Part shown: positions 10,370 to 20,413 of the stretch, piece after piece | Layout of the letters: each line of letters opens with the position of its first letter | Position numbering within the stretch: the stretch's first letter is position 1 | DNA from: Patescibacteria group bacterium | Lineage (GTDB): Bacteria > Patescibacteriota > Minisyncoccia > Phycocordibacterales > UBA918 | Length of the DNA: 64,000 bases | Direction of reading: 5' to 3' | NCBI GenBank assembly: GCA_038065355.1 | Contig: JBBTRC010000008.1 | Span: forward strand, 5,406-69,405 | Position numbers and translations under genes: made by a program | The notes under the pieces: generated by a model | Told to the model about the DNA's origin: nothing | Databases searched by the model: none | The model's input: only the letters and a program-made list of their open reading frames with translations

Positions 10370-11068
10370 TTAGAAACCAAAGCGTACTGGAGAGGACGAA
10401 TCGCTAGCCGAGGCCGACGAGGTACCATAGCGCTCGGCGGCGCCGGCTGGGTCAACCGCAAAGGCAATTTGTTGTTTAAACCCGTCATAGGTTTTAAATT
10501 CATTTGGATCCATTTGGACGCCGTTTAAAATGAAAGTTGGAGTGCTTCCGAGCTGTAGCTCTTGCGCATCGGCCAGATCGGCACGTACCTTCTCGCGCAA
10601 CACTGATGAATTTAGGTGACGGCGGAAAAGTTCGGTGTCGAGTTCAAGTTGCTCGGCGTACTGAATAAAGGCTGTCGTTGGTACCGCAGCCGCCGCCCAT
10701 GAATTTTGATTTTTAAAGAGCAAGTCAGCGTACTCAAAGAATTTCCCTTGTTGGCCGGCTGCTTCGGCCGCCACTGCGGCTTGCTGTGAAAAACGATGGA
10801 TTGGCAACGGAAAATGTTTGTACTCAAAACGTATCCGGTCGCCGTATTCTGCCAACACTTCGTCAACCGACGGCACAAAGGCGGCACAGGCCGGGCATTG
10901 CAGATCGCTATACTCAACGAGCGAGACGCCCGCATCCGGGTTACCGCGCAGGTGCGCGGAGAGCTCGATTCCTTCATTATTCTTCCCTTCAGACTGACCA
11001 GAATACCAGATAGCGCCGCCGAATAGGACGACGGTGAGAATGCCAATGATGACCCAGGGATTTTTCAT
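10370..11068 (-). CDS. DsbA-family thiol-disulfide oxidoreductase
   Basis: EYSDLQCPAC, KHFPL, STPTF; start at MKNPW. Confidence 0.92.
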   Translation of the reverse strand: MKNPWVIIGILTVVLFGGAIWYSGQSEGKNNEGIELSAHLRGNPDAGVSLVEYSDLQCPACAAFVPSVDEVLAEYGDRIRFEYKHFPLPIHRFSQQAAVAAEAAGQQGKFFEYADLLFKNQNSWAAAAVPTTAFIQYAEQLELDTELFRRHLNSSVLREKVRADLADAQELQLGSTPTFILNGVQMDPNEFKTYDGFKQQIAFAVDPAGAAERYGTSSASASDSSSPVRFGF

Positions 11069-11146
11069 ACCGCTAGAGTGTAGCATATCGTTCTTCTTCG
11101 CGCATAGACAAAGCCGGAAAAGTACAGTAGCCTCAAGGACATACGC

Positions 11147-11881
11147 ATGGCCAGGAAACCAAATTTTGTGAAGAAAAAGAAGCGCCAAGTGCATGGTGCC
11201 GCTTTTTGGGACAGAGAGTACACACATCCCGAACACCTACAGCTCTCAAGCGACGAAAGCGAAGATTTAGCCAAATTCACACGCTGGCTCCCGCGCCAAG
11301 ATCGGATGGATATTTTGGCACCCCAGGCAAGCGCCATTGATATTGGCTGCGGCAACGGACGCAATCTTATTTTCTTGGCGCGATCGTTTGGCATGTCGGG
11401 TGTCGGGTTTGATATTTCCTCGGCGGCAATTGCCCAGGCAAAAGCCGCCTCCACCTCCCTACCGCTTTCCTACTTTGTACGAAAAGCCGAGGAACCATTG
11501 CCGGTAGAAGCTGGTTCGCAAGCTCTCGCGCTCGATATGATGACCTCGCACTTTTTAAACGGAGCGGAGCGCAAAGCGCTCCGCGACGAGATCTATCGCG
11601 CCCTAAAGCCGGGCGGCTTTCTCTTTATGAAAACGTTTCTTAAGGACGGCGATTTGCACACCAAGCGACTGCTCGAAGAGCACCCCGCCACCGAACCAGG
11701 CACGTACATACACCCGGTGATGGGTGTCCCAGAATATGTGTACAGCGAAGAAGCTTTGGTAGATTTTCTTCGCGAGAAATTTATCGTTCACAAAATATAT
11801 CGCTCGCACCGACACATCTCGCGCGGCAAAGCCCGAAAACGGCGCACCATCTCTGTCTACGCCGAAAAAGATTACCGATAA
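11147..11881 (+). CDS. Class I SAM-dependent methyltransferase
   Basis: DIGCGNGRN, GFDIS, LKPGG. Confidence 0.9.
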   Translation: MARKPNFVKKKKRQVHGAAFWDREYTHPEHLQLSSDESEDLAKFTRWLPRQDRMDILAPQASAIDIGCGNGRNLIFLARSFGMSGVGFDISSAAIAQAKAASTSLPLSYFVRKAEEPLPVEAGSQALALDMMTSHFLNGAERKALRDEIYRALKPGGFLFMKTFLKDGDLHTKRLLEEHPATEPGTYIHPVMGVPEYVYSEEALVDFLREKFIVHKIYRSHRHISRGKARKRRTISVYAEKDYR

Positions 11882-11916
11882 TAATCGGCGTGGAGTTGCC
11901 GTTATCATTTCATCTC

Positions 11917-12561
11917 CTAAAACTCTCCGCTGTTGTAGAGTGTCCCGTATTCCATACCAGCTCCTTGGAGCGCGGCCGCATCTTTAAAAAGCACATCGCT
12001 CGGTGGCACGAAGACACTACCATCAACGGCTGTCCACGTTTTGCAGTCATAGCGAACTGGTTCGGTACTCGGTACTGGAGTTTTTATCAGCGACCCGTCG
12101 CTCGATTCGGAGTTGGCTGCAGCGAGCGTGAGATCAGCCTTTACGCCGTAGGTAGCATCGGCAATCGTTGACCAGGCGTACATGTTGGTACCCTCGATAA
12201 TCACTGAAGACACCATGTCTTCGTCCAAGTCGGGCGAAGGGGTGAGGAAGTCGCCCCGCACCTGCCCGTCACCTATGAAGTAGGTTCCAGTCACCGCCGC
12301 TTCGTGCTCGTTTGGCGTGTACGAAATCGCGCACTCAATATTTTTGCCCAGAGCCTGCAGTTCAGCCAGTGTACCACTACCAGCGAATACTTCTGGTTCA
12401 GATTCAGCTTCCGGTGGCGTGGCAGTTTCTCCGCTTGTCTTTTCAACAACCTCCTCTTCTCCGTCAGGTGAGGCATCATCGAACAAGGTAAAAAAGACGA
12501 AACCTCCGACAATGACCGCAATAATCGCTAGCAGTGCAATCAGCTTCATACGCATTTTCAC
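11917..12561 (-). CDS. Hypothetical membrane-anchored protein
   Basis: N-terminal TM; C-terminal FVPPSDV motif. Confidence 0.7.
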   Translation of the reverse strand: MKMRMKLIALLAIIAVIVGGFVFFTLFDDASPDGEEEVVEKTSGETATPPEAESEPEVFAGSGTLAELQALGKNIECAISYTPNEHEAAVTGTYFIGDGQVRGDFLTPSPDLDEDMVSSVIIEGTNMYAWSTIADATYGVKADLTLAAANSESSDGSLIKTPVPSTEPVRYDCKTWTAVDGSVFVPPSDVLFKDAAALQGAGMEYGTLYNSGEF

Positions 12562-12654
12562 TTAGACGAATAACCATTCAACTTTCCTTATTGTACACGA
12601 AAGTAACTGCCTCGGGCTTTGGGCAATTTGGCTCTATGTCATAATAGTGGCGAT

Positions 12655-13653
12655 ATGCCATCTACAAAAACGTTAATTCGGCTAGCTTACACGTTTGTAC
12701 TTATGCTCACGTTTGGCGCAACCGTCGGTATTGGCGTGCTGATTCAGTCGAAATTACAAATTTTTAAACACGTCGCCGTAGAGACCGCCACGACGACCGA
12801 GCCGTTTCCGGTCGGCGTCGATCCACAAAACAAAACAATTGTTGAAAATCCCGCGGTTGATGCTTTTTTCTACAACACACTCGCCCACACGTCAGAGTCA
12901 CCTTCCTGGTGGCAGAGAGTGGCTGTGCTTTTTTTTGAAAAAAACTGGTACCAAAACTTGGCCTCGCCGGTCAGCCGGGTGGTGGTCATTTGGCCGGGCG
13001 AGCGCACAGAAGAGGTGAAAAAACACTTCGGCGACATACTCAACTGGAGTGTGGAAGAGCGAGACGAATTTGTGTCGCTTGTTCAAACGAGCGCGCCGGT
13101 CCTTCAGGAAGGCAAATTTTTTCCGAGCGAATACGTGACCCACAAAGACGCCCGGCCGGATGAAATGGCCATACTCGTGACATCAAAATTTAATACGGAA
13201 ATACAGGCCAGATACACGAGTGACGTAGCCGCCGAAGTACCGCTCGACGACGCGCTTGTCATCGCTTCGCTTTTGGAACGGGAAGCACGCGACTTCACCA
13301 ACATGCGCGAAATCTCCGGCGTGATTTGGAACCGACTATTTCTCGATATGCCGCTCCAGCTGGATGCCACTTTGCAGTACGCGCGCGGCAGTCGGCCCCT
13401 CGAACCAAAGTGGTGGCCGGTTGTACGCCCAAGTGACAAATACATCAATTCTCCTTTCAACACGTACCAAAACGAAGGTCTGCCGCCAACTCCCATCGCC
13501 AACCCATCTTCCGAGGCTGTGTTGGCGGCGCTAAACCCCCGACACACCGACTGTCTCTACTACTTTCACGACAACGCGCAAAACTACTACTGCTCTCCAA
13601 CCTACGAAGAACACATTGCGAAGTTGCGCCAACTGTATGGCCGCGGCCGTTAA
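12655..13653 (+). CDS. mltG: Endolytic transglycosylase MltG (YceG-like)
   Basis: IASLLEREA, NRL..MPLQLDAT, SPFNTY..GLPPTPIANP. Confidence 0.92.
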   Translation: MPSTKTLIRLAYTFVLMLTFGATVGIGVLIQSKLQIFKHVAVETATTTEPFPVGVDPQNKTIVENPAVDAFFYNTLAHTSESPSWWQRVAVLFFEKNWYQNLASPVSRVVVIWPGERTEEVKKHFGDILNWSVEERDEFVSLVQTSAPVLQEGKFFPSEYVTHKDARPDEMAILVTSKFNTEIQARYTSDVAAEVPLDDALVIASLLEREARDFTNMREISGVIWNRLFLDMPLQLDATLQYARGSRPLEPKWWPVVRPSDKYINSPFNTYQNEGLPPTPIANPSSEAVLAALNPRHTDCLYYFHDNAQNYYCSPTYEEHIAKLRQLYGRGR

Positions 13654-14217
13654 TTACTTTACGTCACACACCAAGGGGTCGTTGATCTTTTGAATCAGGT
13701 AATAAAAAGACGTGAGCAGAAGCGCGATACCGAGAAGAGCAAATTCGCCGCCGTGAAGCGGCAGGTACACCAAGAGGCCGCCGATGCCAAACGAAGTGAA
13801 CAGTGTGGTGAGAATGACCGAGCCGCAGGCCGCGCACCCGATACCGAGCACGCTACTCACAAGCGCACCGACGCTAGTGAGATGTAGTTTGCCCTCGCTC
13901 CGCTTCCCTATCCGAGCGCGTCGTATGTAGTACACAAGTAGCGCGCCGTTGAGACCAATAAGGATGGAAATGGCCACCGTGTAGATCGCTGAAAACACCG
14001 TAAAATTTGTCACAATCGAGCCGTACAATTCGGCAATGAGGCTGATTTTACTCCCGAGCGAGGAGGTACTCCTCGTGAGTACGCTCCCGATCAAGCCGAG
14101 GTTGGGTAACAGGACCGCCACCGAAAACACTACGAGCGCAATCAAAAGCGCCAGACTTTGGTATTGCCCTTTCCGAAACACTTTCGCAAAGACACTGAAT
14201 ACTATGCTATTTGGCAT
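13654..14217 (-). CDS. Membrane protein with intramembrane GCAACG motif
   Basis: About 4 TM helices, CxxC; overlaps the end of the upstream DsbA gene. Confidence 0.75.
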   Translation of the reverse strand: MPNSIVFSVFAKVFRKGQYQSLALLIALVVFSVAVLLPNLGLIGSVLTRSTSSLGSKISLIAELYGSIVTNFTVFSAIYTVAISILIGLNGALLVYYIRRARIGKRSEGKLHLTSVGALVSSVLGIGCAACGSVILTTLFTSFGIGGLLVYLPLHGGEFALLGIALLLTSFYYLIQKINDPLVCDVK

Positions 14218-14986
14218 CGGTTTTTGCTATATCGATGAGTTGCTCAATCGCCGCCTGCGGGACGGCTCCGTTGATTGGGTAGGTCTTTCCATCGGGACCG
14301 ATGAGGATGCTCCACGGCGTACCTTGACCGCCGGTTTCACCCACGTCGGCCAAATCTTCGTCGATGATCGACTGGTGGCGGCCGCTCTCAAAGCAACTCG
14401 TGAAAGCGGTTCGATTCACACCGGCTTGTAGTACAAGCTGTGGAATAAGTGTTTCGTGTGGCGTCTTGTCTCCTTTGCCCCGTGCCTCAAAGTAGGCGTC
14501 GGCAAAAGTCCAAAAGGCGTCGTTGCCTCCGAGTTCAGCAACGCACAAAGACGCCAACGCGACCGAATTAGCATTCGGATGCAGACCAGTAATCGGAAAG
14601 TGTCGGTACACCCAGGCGATTTGGCCATTTGAGTTTTCAACCAGCGTGTTCATGGTGGCGTGGAAACGACTACAGAACGGACAGTCAAAGTCGGAATATT
14701 CAACTATTTTTATCGGCGCGTCTGGATTGCCTTTGATGTGGTCTTCCGCAGAAATAGGATCAACCTTTTCGGTCGCCGCTGTGGCCGCCGCCGCTTGCTC
14801 GGCTGGCGCTGGTACGTTTTGTGCTGCGGTACTGGCGCCATCACCAAAATACAAACCCACCCCCACAAACAACCCAGCTACCACAATCGCTGCGGGGGTG
14901 AGCATGTCCTTAGTCTGTAGCGCGGTTGAAGCCTGCGAGGGTGTTGAAGCGGCGGGGGTAACTGGTGTCTGTTGTTCGTCCGACAT
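14207..14986 (-). CDS. DsbA-family oxidoreductase
   Basis: EYSDFDCPFC, RHFP, GTP cis-Pro loop; start at MSDEQ. Confidence 0.92.
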   Translation of the reverse strand: MSDEQQTPVTPAASTPSQASTALQTKDMLTPAAIVVAGLFVGVGLYFGDGASTAAQNVPAPAEQAAAATAATEKVDPISAEDHIKGNPDAPIKIVEYSDFDCPFCSRFHATMNTLVENSNGQIAWVYRHFPITGLHPNANSVALASLCVAELGGNDAFWTFADAYFEARGKGDKTPHETLIPQLVLQAGVNRTAFTSCFESGRHQSIIDEDLADVGETGGQGTPWSILIGPDGKTYPINGAVPQAAIEQLIDIAKTDAK

Positions 14987-15207
14987 AGATAGGGCTGAAA
15001 GTTTAATTATAGTGCTCTTAGTATACACGTTTATACGCAAAATCGAGGTATCTTTTTCAATCTGCGCCCACTACCAGCCACCACCAGAATGTATCTTTAT
15101 CTCTTTATTACACATTTTGAGCGTCCGCGGAGATAAAGTGCCTGTAGTAATTAGACATCGGAGCGTGTGAAAAATATGTAATAAGGGGATAAGTCGAACC
15201 GGAAACA

Positions 15208-15236
15208 TTGACTTTTGAAGCAAAGTATGATATTAT
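15208..15236 (+). promoter_or_regulatory. Sigma70 promoter
   Basis: TTGACT-17 nt-TATTAT with extended TG. Confidence 0.65.
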
Positions 15237-15289
15237 AAAAACAGGTAATTAACGCCCTTTTTGGGCCCTAGCTGGCTAAGGAGGCCACT

Positions 15290-15781
15290 ATGAAAAAGTT
15301 CATTGTCACGCTCATGATGATCACCGTCTGCACCGCGGCGAACGCCGAAAAGCTCGAACCAGGCGACCATCGAGGTTTCGTCTGGAAGCAACAAGAAAGC
15401 GGCGCGGGCCACGTCCAAGTCAAGGCTGACATGTCTGGCCGAGACACGTGCACAGCGCTTGTTATTTACGATGACTCGCCACGCATGAAGACATCTGAAT
15501 GCTGGCTCAGCCAGAGCCGCGACCAGTACGTCGTACAGGTCGGCGACGGTGAAAATGACGTCGTAGTGCTTGACCGACGTGATCACGATCGTGAGTTCTT
15601 TCGTGACCATCGCACCTTCGGTCAACGTTTGGAGGACGCAGTGGTAGAGAGTGATCTCTACCGAGCACCTCCCTTTCGTTACCGGGAGACACGCATAATC
15701 GGAGTCGGAGCACGCGCCACCATTTACTCCTACGGTGCCCGCACATGCTACGGAAGGCACTTCAAACCGTATCCGTGCTAA
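15290..15781 (+). CDS. Hypothetical secreted protein
   Basis: SD aaggagg, signal peptide (ANA site), own promoter and terminator. Confidence 0.75.
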   Translation: MKKFIVTLMMITVCTAANAEKLEPGDHRGFVWKQQESGAGHVQVKADMSGRDTCTALVIYDDSPRMKTSECWLSQSRDQYVVQVGDGENDVVVLDRRDHDREFFRDHRTFGQRLEDAVVESDLYRAPPFRYRETRIIGVGARATIYSYGARTCYGRHFKPYPC

Positions 15782-15793
15782 GAGGAGTGGTAC

Positions 15794-15830
15794 CCGCCGC
15801 GTTGCGCAAGCTTCGCGGCGGTTTTCTTTT
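15794..15830 (+). terminator. Intrinsic terminator
   Basis: ccgccgcg...cgcggcgg followed by ttttctttt. Confidence 0.7.
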
Positions 15831-15873
15831 ACTCATACAAAACAAAGGCGGTCCTAAAGGACCGCCAATTTTA

Positions 15874-16260
15874 TTATCGGAGACCGCAGTTTTTTAAAAA
15901 CTGCTCGCTCTCCGCCGTCCTTTTTAAATCTAACTCGAACTCGCAAACCGCATTTGGAAAACGGAGGTGGACCAGCGTGTTGACGTACTGTGATTCTCCA
16001 TCAATGTGCACGTATGGCCCTGGCTGTCTCTGATGTTCCTGACCAATGCGAAGCATGCCCATGTAGATACCATCATCGATAGTGAGTTTCTCGATTAATG
16101 GCCTCTCCTTTTTGAGGCACCGTTTCCAGCACAGATCCAAATAGCCTGTCGGCCAGCCAGAGCTGGTGAAACGCATTGAGACAGTTAGCTTGGTTTTTGG
16201 TAAGTCAAACAAAACCAACTCTTTCGACTTAACTTGCAGTCGTTTCGGTTCATCAAACAT
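15874..16260 (-). CDS. Hypothetical protein
   Basis: SD-like gggagag; hairpin ggcggtcct-aa-aggaccgcc at 15847-15866 downstream. Confidence 0.6.
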   Translation of the reverse strand: MFDEPKRLQVKSKELVLFDLPKTKLTVSMRFTSSGWPTGYLDLCWKRCLKKERPLIEKLTIDDGIYMGMLRIGQEHQRQPGPYVHIDGESQYVNTLVHLRFPNAVCEFELDLKRTAESEQFLKNCGLR

Positions 16261-16350
16261 GCGCCCTCTCCCAAATAGCTTCCTTATTCAGGCTAGCTTA
16301 TCCACCCCATTTTTGGCAAGGCTTGATGGGGTACAAGTGTCCTGCACACA

Positions 16351-16379
16351 TTGACATGTGGTAACAAATATGCTACTAT
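16351..16379 (+). promoter_or_regulatory. Sigma70 promoter
   Basis: TTGACA-17 nt-TACTAT with extended TG. Confidence 0.7.
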
Positions 16380-16445
16380 AGGAAGCGGTATGGTGTGGTT
16401 GCCAACTTGGGGAAACGCTCAAGAAAAACAGCCAAGGAGTTGTGT

Positions 16446-16760
16446 ATGTCTACAAAAAAAGACTACCTGATCTTCATCATCGTGGCGTTACTCGTGTGGG
16501 CCTCCGGCTCGCACGCAAGCGCACAAGTGAACAACACTCCCCTGTACAACTCGTCGGTCGGAACCGCGATTGTTGTGCAAAAAACAGACCGAGATTTGTT
16601 GTTCACTGATCAGAAAGGCAATCCTTTCTCTTACCGTGCACCAAGAGGTGCGGAGGTTTGGCTCGAGAGTGGGAACTCTCTGGCGATCATTGGTGCCAAG
16701 GGGGAACTTGGCGCCGGCGGTGATGTAAGAGCTTTACTGCAGGTTCAGGTCCGCTTCTAG
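16446..16760 (+). CDS. Hypothetical secreted protein
   Basis: SD aaggag, signal peptide (ASA), terminator hairpin at 16786-16819. Confidence 0.7.
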   Translation: MSTKKDYLIFIIVALLVWASGSHASAQVNNTPLYNSSVGTAIVVQKTDRDLLFTDQKGNPFSYRAPRGAEVWLESGNSLAIIGAKGELGAGGDVRALLQVQVRF

Positions 16761-16867
16761 CGCACCTTCACATGCAGAAACAATGATGCCGTCCAAGCGC
16801 AAGTTTGGACGGCATTTTCTATAGATCACGCGAACTTGCTTTGATTGAAACATGGTACCATGAGCAC

Positions 16868-17698
16868 ATGGGCACCTTTGAAGACACTCCTAATCAAGCT
16901 GAGCAGGTAGCTATTCCTAAAAACCGCGCTGCAAAACTCTTAACAAGGATTGCCGCATTATTATTGCCAGACTCATTTTTCGACAGCAAAGTCATAGGCG
17001 AGCGTGACGAGTCTGATCCGAGGGAATTTGAAGTTCCTGACCCTGACGACTTTCCCGCTGACGAACTGGACCTTGCACATGAACAAGAAGTTATTGACTT
17101 CTTAGATAAAATTGAAAAACTTGGTATGGTTCGAACCAGAAGCGCAGATGAATTTGTTAAAACCGAGCAAGGTAACTTAGTGTATAACCGACTCTTGGTG
17201 CCGTGGGAAGAAACGGGTCGTGGAGCAATCGACGTCACTTTTGATGCGCGAAAGCTAAAACGGCTAATTAATAGGCTGGCTGACGACTCGAAAAAGGAAC
17301 GGGCTTTGCAATATTTTGAAGAGTTGCAAAAAATTATTGAGGTTGAGGAAGTTGAATCGCCGTTACGCTACATTGAAAATTTACCCGAGCCTTCTTTCGA
17401 ATCCCTTGCCGGACTTGAGAAATACGTAACTCAGTTTGATGAAGAAACCATTGCCCGCGTAAATGCGATTACCGACGCGAAATCAGCCCTTAACGACCCC
17501 GATCGTATTCGCATGAAAAATTCTCACGCCGACGTATATGAGAGCGTTCGACAACTTCTGACGAGTACAAAAATCTATCTCGATAAAAACCGCGAAAACT
17601 ACCCCGAATTTTGGTTAAATTTTGAAAAATTTAAGCTGATCAATGATGCCATTGGCATCATTGGAAAAGACGGCGTTCGGCATAAAATGTCTTTTTAG
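16868..17698 (+). CDS. Hypothetical acidic protein
   Basis: Long ORF; TGGTACCAT box 6 nt before ATG. Confidence 0.65.
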   Translation: MGTFEDTPNQAEQVAIPKNRAAKLLTRIAALLLPDSFFDSKVIGERDESDPREFEVPDPDDFPADELDLAHEQEVIDFLDKIEKLGMVRTRSADEFVKTEQGNLVYNRLLVPWEETGRGAIDVTFDARKLKRLINRLADDSKKERALQYFEELQKIIEVEEVESPLRYIENLPEPSFESLAGLEKYVTQFDEETIARVNAITDAKSALNDPDRIRMKNSHADVYESVRQLLTSTKIYLDKNRENYPEFWLNFEKFKLINDAIGIIGKDGVRHKMSF

Positions 17699-17756
17699 TA
17701 ATTGATCTACTTTTGCTTTTTGGAAAAAGGTGCCGCGCGAAGCTCGGTAGTACGAT

Positions 17757-18176
17757 TCACTCACCAAACCACTCCTCCGGAAACTCTTTAATATCAGCAC
17801 TGGTATGTGCGGAAATAAAGTTGTGTTCCCAAGTGGCACCACGCGACTTCTCCCAGTCCTTAAGAAAGAAAGCGGCTGACAGCAAATTCGCTTCAAAAAT
17901 CGGACGGTGGTACGTTTCCATCACCAAATCCCAATCGGTAATACCGGCCTTGATAATTTGCGCTTCATCGTCATTGCTTTTGAAGTAATCAAATACCGTA
18001 TAGCCTTTCTCTTTGAGAATCGCTTCCGCCTGCTCGAGCCGATGCTGATTTTCCTCACGAGTGGTACCTCCGGTAGTGAGTGGCCCGCACACTCGGACCA
18101 CTGGGTGCGGCAGTTGTTTGAGACGCTCGATAGCGCCAACAGCCAGACGTTTTAGTAATTCTTCATGTGTTTCCAT
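17757..18176 (-). CDS. DUF4406/nucleoside-deoxyribosyltransferase-like fold protein
   Basis: VCGPLT...LKDWEKSRGATWEH. Confidence 0.65.
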   Translation of the reverse strand: METHEELLKRLAVGAIERLKQLPHPVVRVCGPLTTGGTTREENQHRLEQAEAILKEKGYTVFDYFKSNDDEAQIIKAGITDWDLVMETYHRPIFEANLLSAAFFLKDWEKSRGATWEHNFISAHTSADIKEFPEEWFGE

Positions 18177-18231
18177 TGCGAGTCCCTATACTTTCCTTCG
18201 CCACTAAATCATGATGGTTAATTCTATGCAA

Positions 18232-18708
18232 TCACTGCGACAGCTGTACCACCACCTCAACGGCTTGGTCATACTCCGGTAAACCGGATGGGTTGTCTTT
18301 CTGGAAAATAATCGTGCCGGTGGCGCTGTAAGAATCGGCAGGCAATTCATAACTAATCGTACCTGAAAATGGGACAAAGTCTTCGGTCATCCATTCACCT
18401 TCAGTCATCACGAACCCTTGACCAATAATTAAGCCGTCCCAATTGGTCACGATGACCGGTGCGCTAGCCTCAAAAAACCACGTACCCCGCGCTTCCCCGC
18501 GTACCACAACCGGATTCGCTACTGTCTCTCCTGGAAGCGGTGACGTAATGGTGATCAAGTCTGGAATATCAACTGGCATCGCTGGCGTTCCCGATTCTTC
18601 GGTGACCGTCGGCGCCGTCGTCTTCGTCGGCAAGAAATACAAAATTAATCCGATGGCGACTACGACCAGTCCGATAATTCCAACCTGCGTTTTTAAAGTA
18701 GTTGTCAT
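18232..18708 (-). CDS. Gmad2-like Ig-domain membrane-anchored protein
   Basis: ITSPLPG..V.GEARGTWFFEAS..DNPSG. Confidence 0.8.
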   Translation of the reverse strand: MTTTLKTQVGIIGLVVVAIGLILYFLPTKTTAPTVTEESGTPAMPVDIPDLITITSPLPGETVANPVVVRGEARGTWFFEASAPVIVTNWDGLIIGQGFVMTEGEWMTEDFVPFSGTISYELPADSYSATGTIIFQKDNPSGLPEYDQAVEVVVQLSQ

Positions 18709-18711
18709 AAA

Positions 18712-19140
18712 TTATGGCCAGTACAACGGGTCTGGCTTCTCGTTAAAAAATTTTTCATAGTGGCTCTTGGTTTTCTCGTACGTAGCGGTGCCTGGCCTAG
18801 GCACTCCAAGCGTCGCTTGTATGTGCTCCCAAGCTTCTTCTTTGGTATCAACGGCCGGGGGCGGGTTGGGGACATGGTGGATGAAGGCGCCGATAAACTC
18901 CGCGAAGTCTTTGTAGAAACGAGTAAACATGAGCATTTCGTGCCAGGCCCAATCAACTCGCCCAGATGGCGCCACACTATCATCTGAAATATGCGCCAAA
19001 TACAACATGCGCTTGGCTTCTTTGATCAAACCTTCGGCAAAATCAAGCGGCACGCCGTGGAGGCGCACAATCCGATTGGCCAGCAAGTCCGGCACCGCAA
19101 AGGCGTCGACCTCGGCCAGCGTGGGAGTTTTGTGTGTCAT
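18712..19140 (-). CDS. Glycine-rich-domain (GRDP)-like protein
   Basis: PSGRVDWAWHEMLMFTRFY..FIHHVP..YEKT..YEKFF..W. Confidence 0.75.
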   Translation of the reverse strand: MTHKTPTLAEVDAFAVPDLLANRIVRLHGVPLDFAEGLIKEAKRMLYLAHISDDSVAPSGRVDWAWHEMLMFTRFYKDFAEFIGAFIHHVPNPPPAVDTKEEAWEHIQATLGVPRPGTATYEKTKSHYEKFFNEKPDPLYWP

Positions 19141-19195
19141 AGCTATCATTATACAAAAAAATTAAAAGCAAGGGGTTTCCTTGCTTTTAATGTAG

Positions 19196-19348
19196 TTATT
19201 CAGGCTTCTTTTCGCCTTCGCAATCTCCTCCCTCTTTTTTTCCTTTGCAGTCTTCACCTTCCTTTTTTCCTTCACACTTTTCTCCTTCCTTCTGGCCTTC
19301 ACAGTTAGTACCTTCGCCAGTTACTTTGTTTGTGTCATCGTTTAACAT
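19196..19348 (-). CDS. Small Cys-repeat protein (50 aa)
   Basis: Four CxGxK(E/K) 9-aa units; hairpin at 19162-19191 downstream. Confidence 0.5.
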   Translation of the reverse strand: MLNDDTNKVTGEGTNCEGQKEGEKCEGKKEGEDCKGKKEGGDCEGEKKPE

Positions 19349-19431
19349 ACAGCAGATTACATTAACTTTTAATGCCCCACTATGGTAGCACAAGTTTTTT
19401 GTCGTTACCTACAATCCAATAAAAAAGACGC

Positions 19432-19950
19432 CTACACAACCTCGGTGTAATTTGTGTGCAGAATGTCTTCGTTGGCAATCAGGTAGCGGTTGTCGGTGAA
19501 GTCGCCCTGAGGTGAGAGGACAAATACTATGAAGCAATGTTCATCGCCACGTTGTGGACCGGGGTTTTCTTCGTTGGCCCACGGCGGGATGATAGCAATC
19601 GGTTCGCCGGTGGGATTAGGGAGCACTAGGACGCTTTTTTCCTTTGGGAGCCACTGCCCGCTCTCGTCTTGCTCGTAGTTCTCATGAAACTCCGCGTCGG
19701 TATTTTTAAATTGCTCACCAGTCGAGCCGGTCACCACCCAGTCACCCACTTTTGCTAGCCTGGTATCCTCCTTAAATTCTTTTACAATGGTTTCAACCGT
19801 CTCTTCAGCCTCAACTTGCCGCGCCCCAGCTATCGGTACGGACGTGCGTCGTGAAAATAGGTGGCCCTCCGCGCGCATGCGCTCTTCCATCTCCTCACTA
19901 AAGAGGTCGGTTAGTTTTGGCTCTCCCGGAGTTTTTTCAAATGAAGGCAT
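19432..19950 (-). CDS. Hypothetical protein (PGDYG-like)
   Basis: AKVGDWVVTGSTGEQF..F..NY. Confidence 0.6.
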   Translation of the reverse strand: MPSFEKTPGEPKLTDLFSEEMEERMRAEGHLFSRRTSVPIAGARQVEAEETVETIVKEFKEDTRLAKVGDWVVTGSTGEQFKNTDAEFHENYEQDESGQWLPKEKSVLVLPNPTGEPIAIIPPWANEENPGPQRGDEHCFIVFVLSPQGDFTDNRYLIANEDILHTNYTEVV

Positions 19951-20087
19951 AGCTTGTGCGACGGGTAATGCTTGAAAGTAGGGTATCATACATTTAGATT
20001 TCTGGTAATTTGTGCCTAACGCACTGATAATTTGCCGCTTTGCCTGCCAACATGGTAATATTTTAGCAATCACGCAAGTAATAAACT

Positions 20088-20408
20088 ATGATGCTAGGAA
20101 CATCGAAAATTGACCGTATAAAAAAGCGCCTCGAGGCGTCAGAGGACGACATCATTTTGGCCGAGGTGTTCAAACTGCTCGGCGACCGGACTCGCTACCG
20201 TATTGTAAAGATCCTCACTGAGGAAGGCGAAATGTGCGTCGGCGACCTCGCGTCCATTCTCGACGCCTCGATGTCGGCCGTCTCGCAACATCTGCGAGTA
20301 CTGGAGATGTCTGGCATTGTCGCTGGCCGGCGGATGGGCCAAATGATGTGCTACAAACCGCTTTTCCGTCACCCGAAGGTGAAGGCAATTATTAAACTAA
20401 TGAAATAA
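20088..20408 (+). CDS. ArsR/SmtB-family regulator
   Basis: FKLLGDRTRYRI, MCVGDLA, SAVSQHLRVL. Confidence 0.92.
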   Translation: MMLGTSKIDRIKKRLEASEDDIILAEVFKLLGDRTRYRIVKILTEEGEMCVGDLASILDASMSAVSQHLRVLEMSGIVAGRRMGQMMCYKPLFRHPKVKAIIKLMK

Positions 20409-20413
20409 CACTT

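Noticed and set aside
15233-15760. Long antisense ORFs in the track (this one, 14523-15170, 25460-26086, 56235-56864 and others)
   Set aside because: They are shadows of better-supported genes on the opposite strand that have motifs, promoters or SDs.
16786-16815. ccgtccaa/ttggacgg hairpin matching the antisense seed at 54.2 and 57.3 kb
   Set aside because: Only the 8-9 nt core matches; it is a self-contained terminator after the 16446 gene and lacks the rest of the motif. Probably chance.
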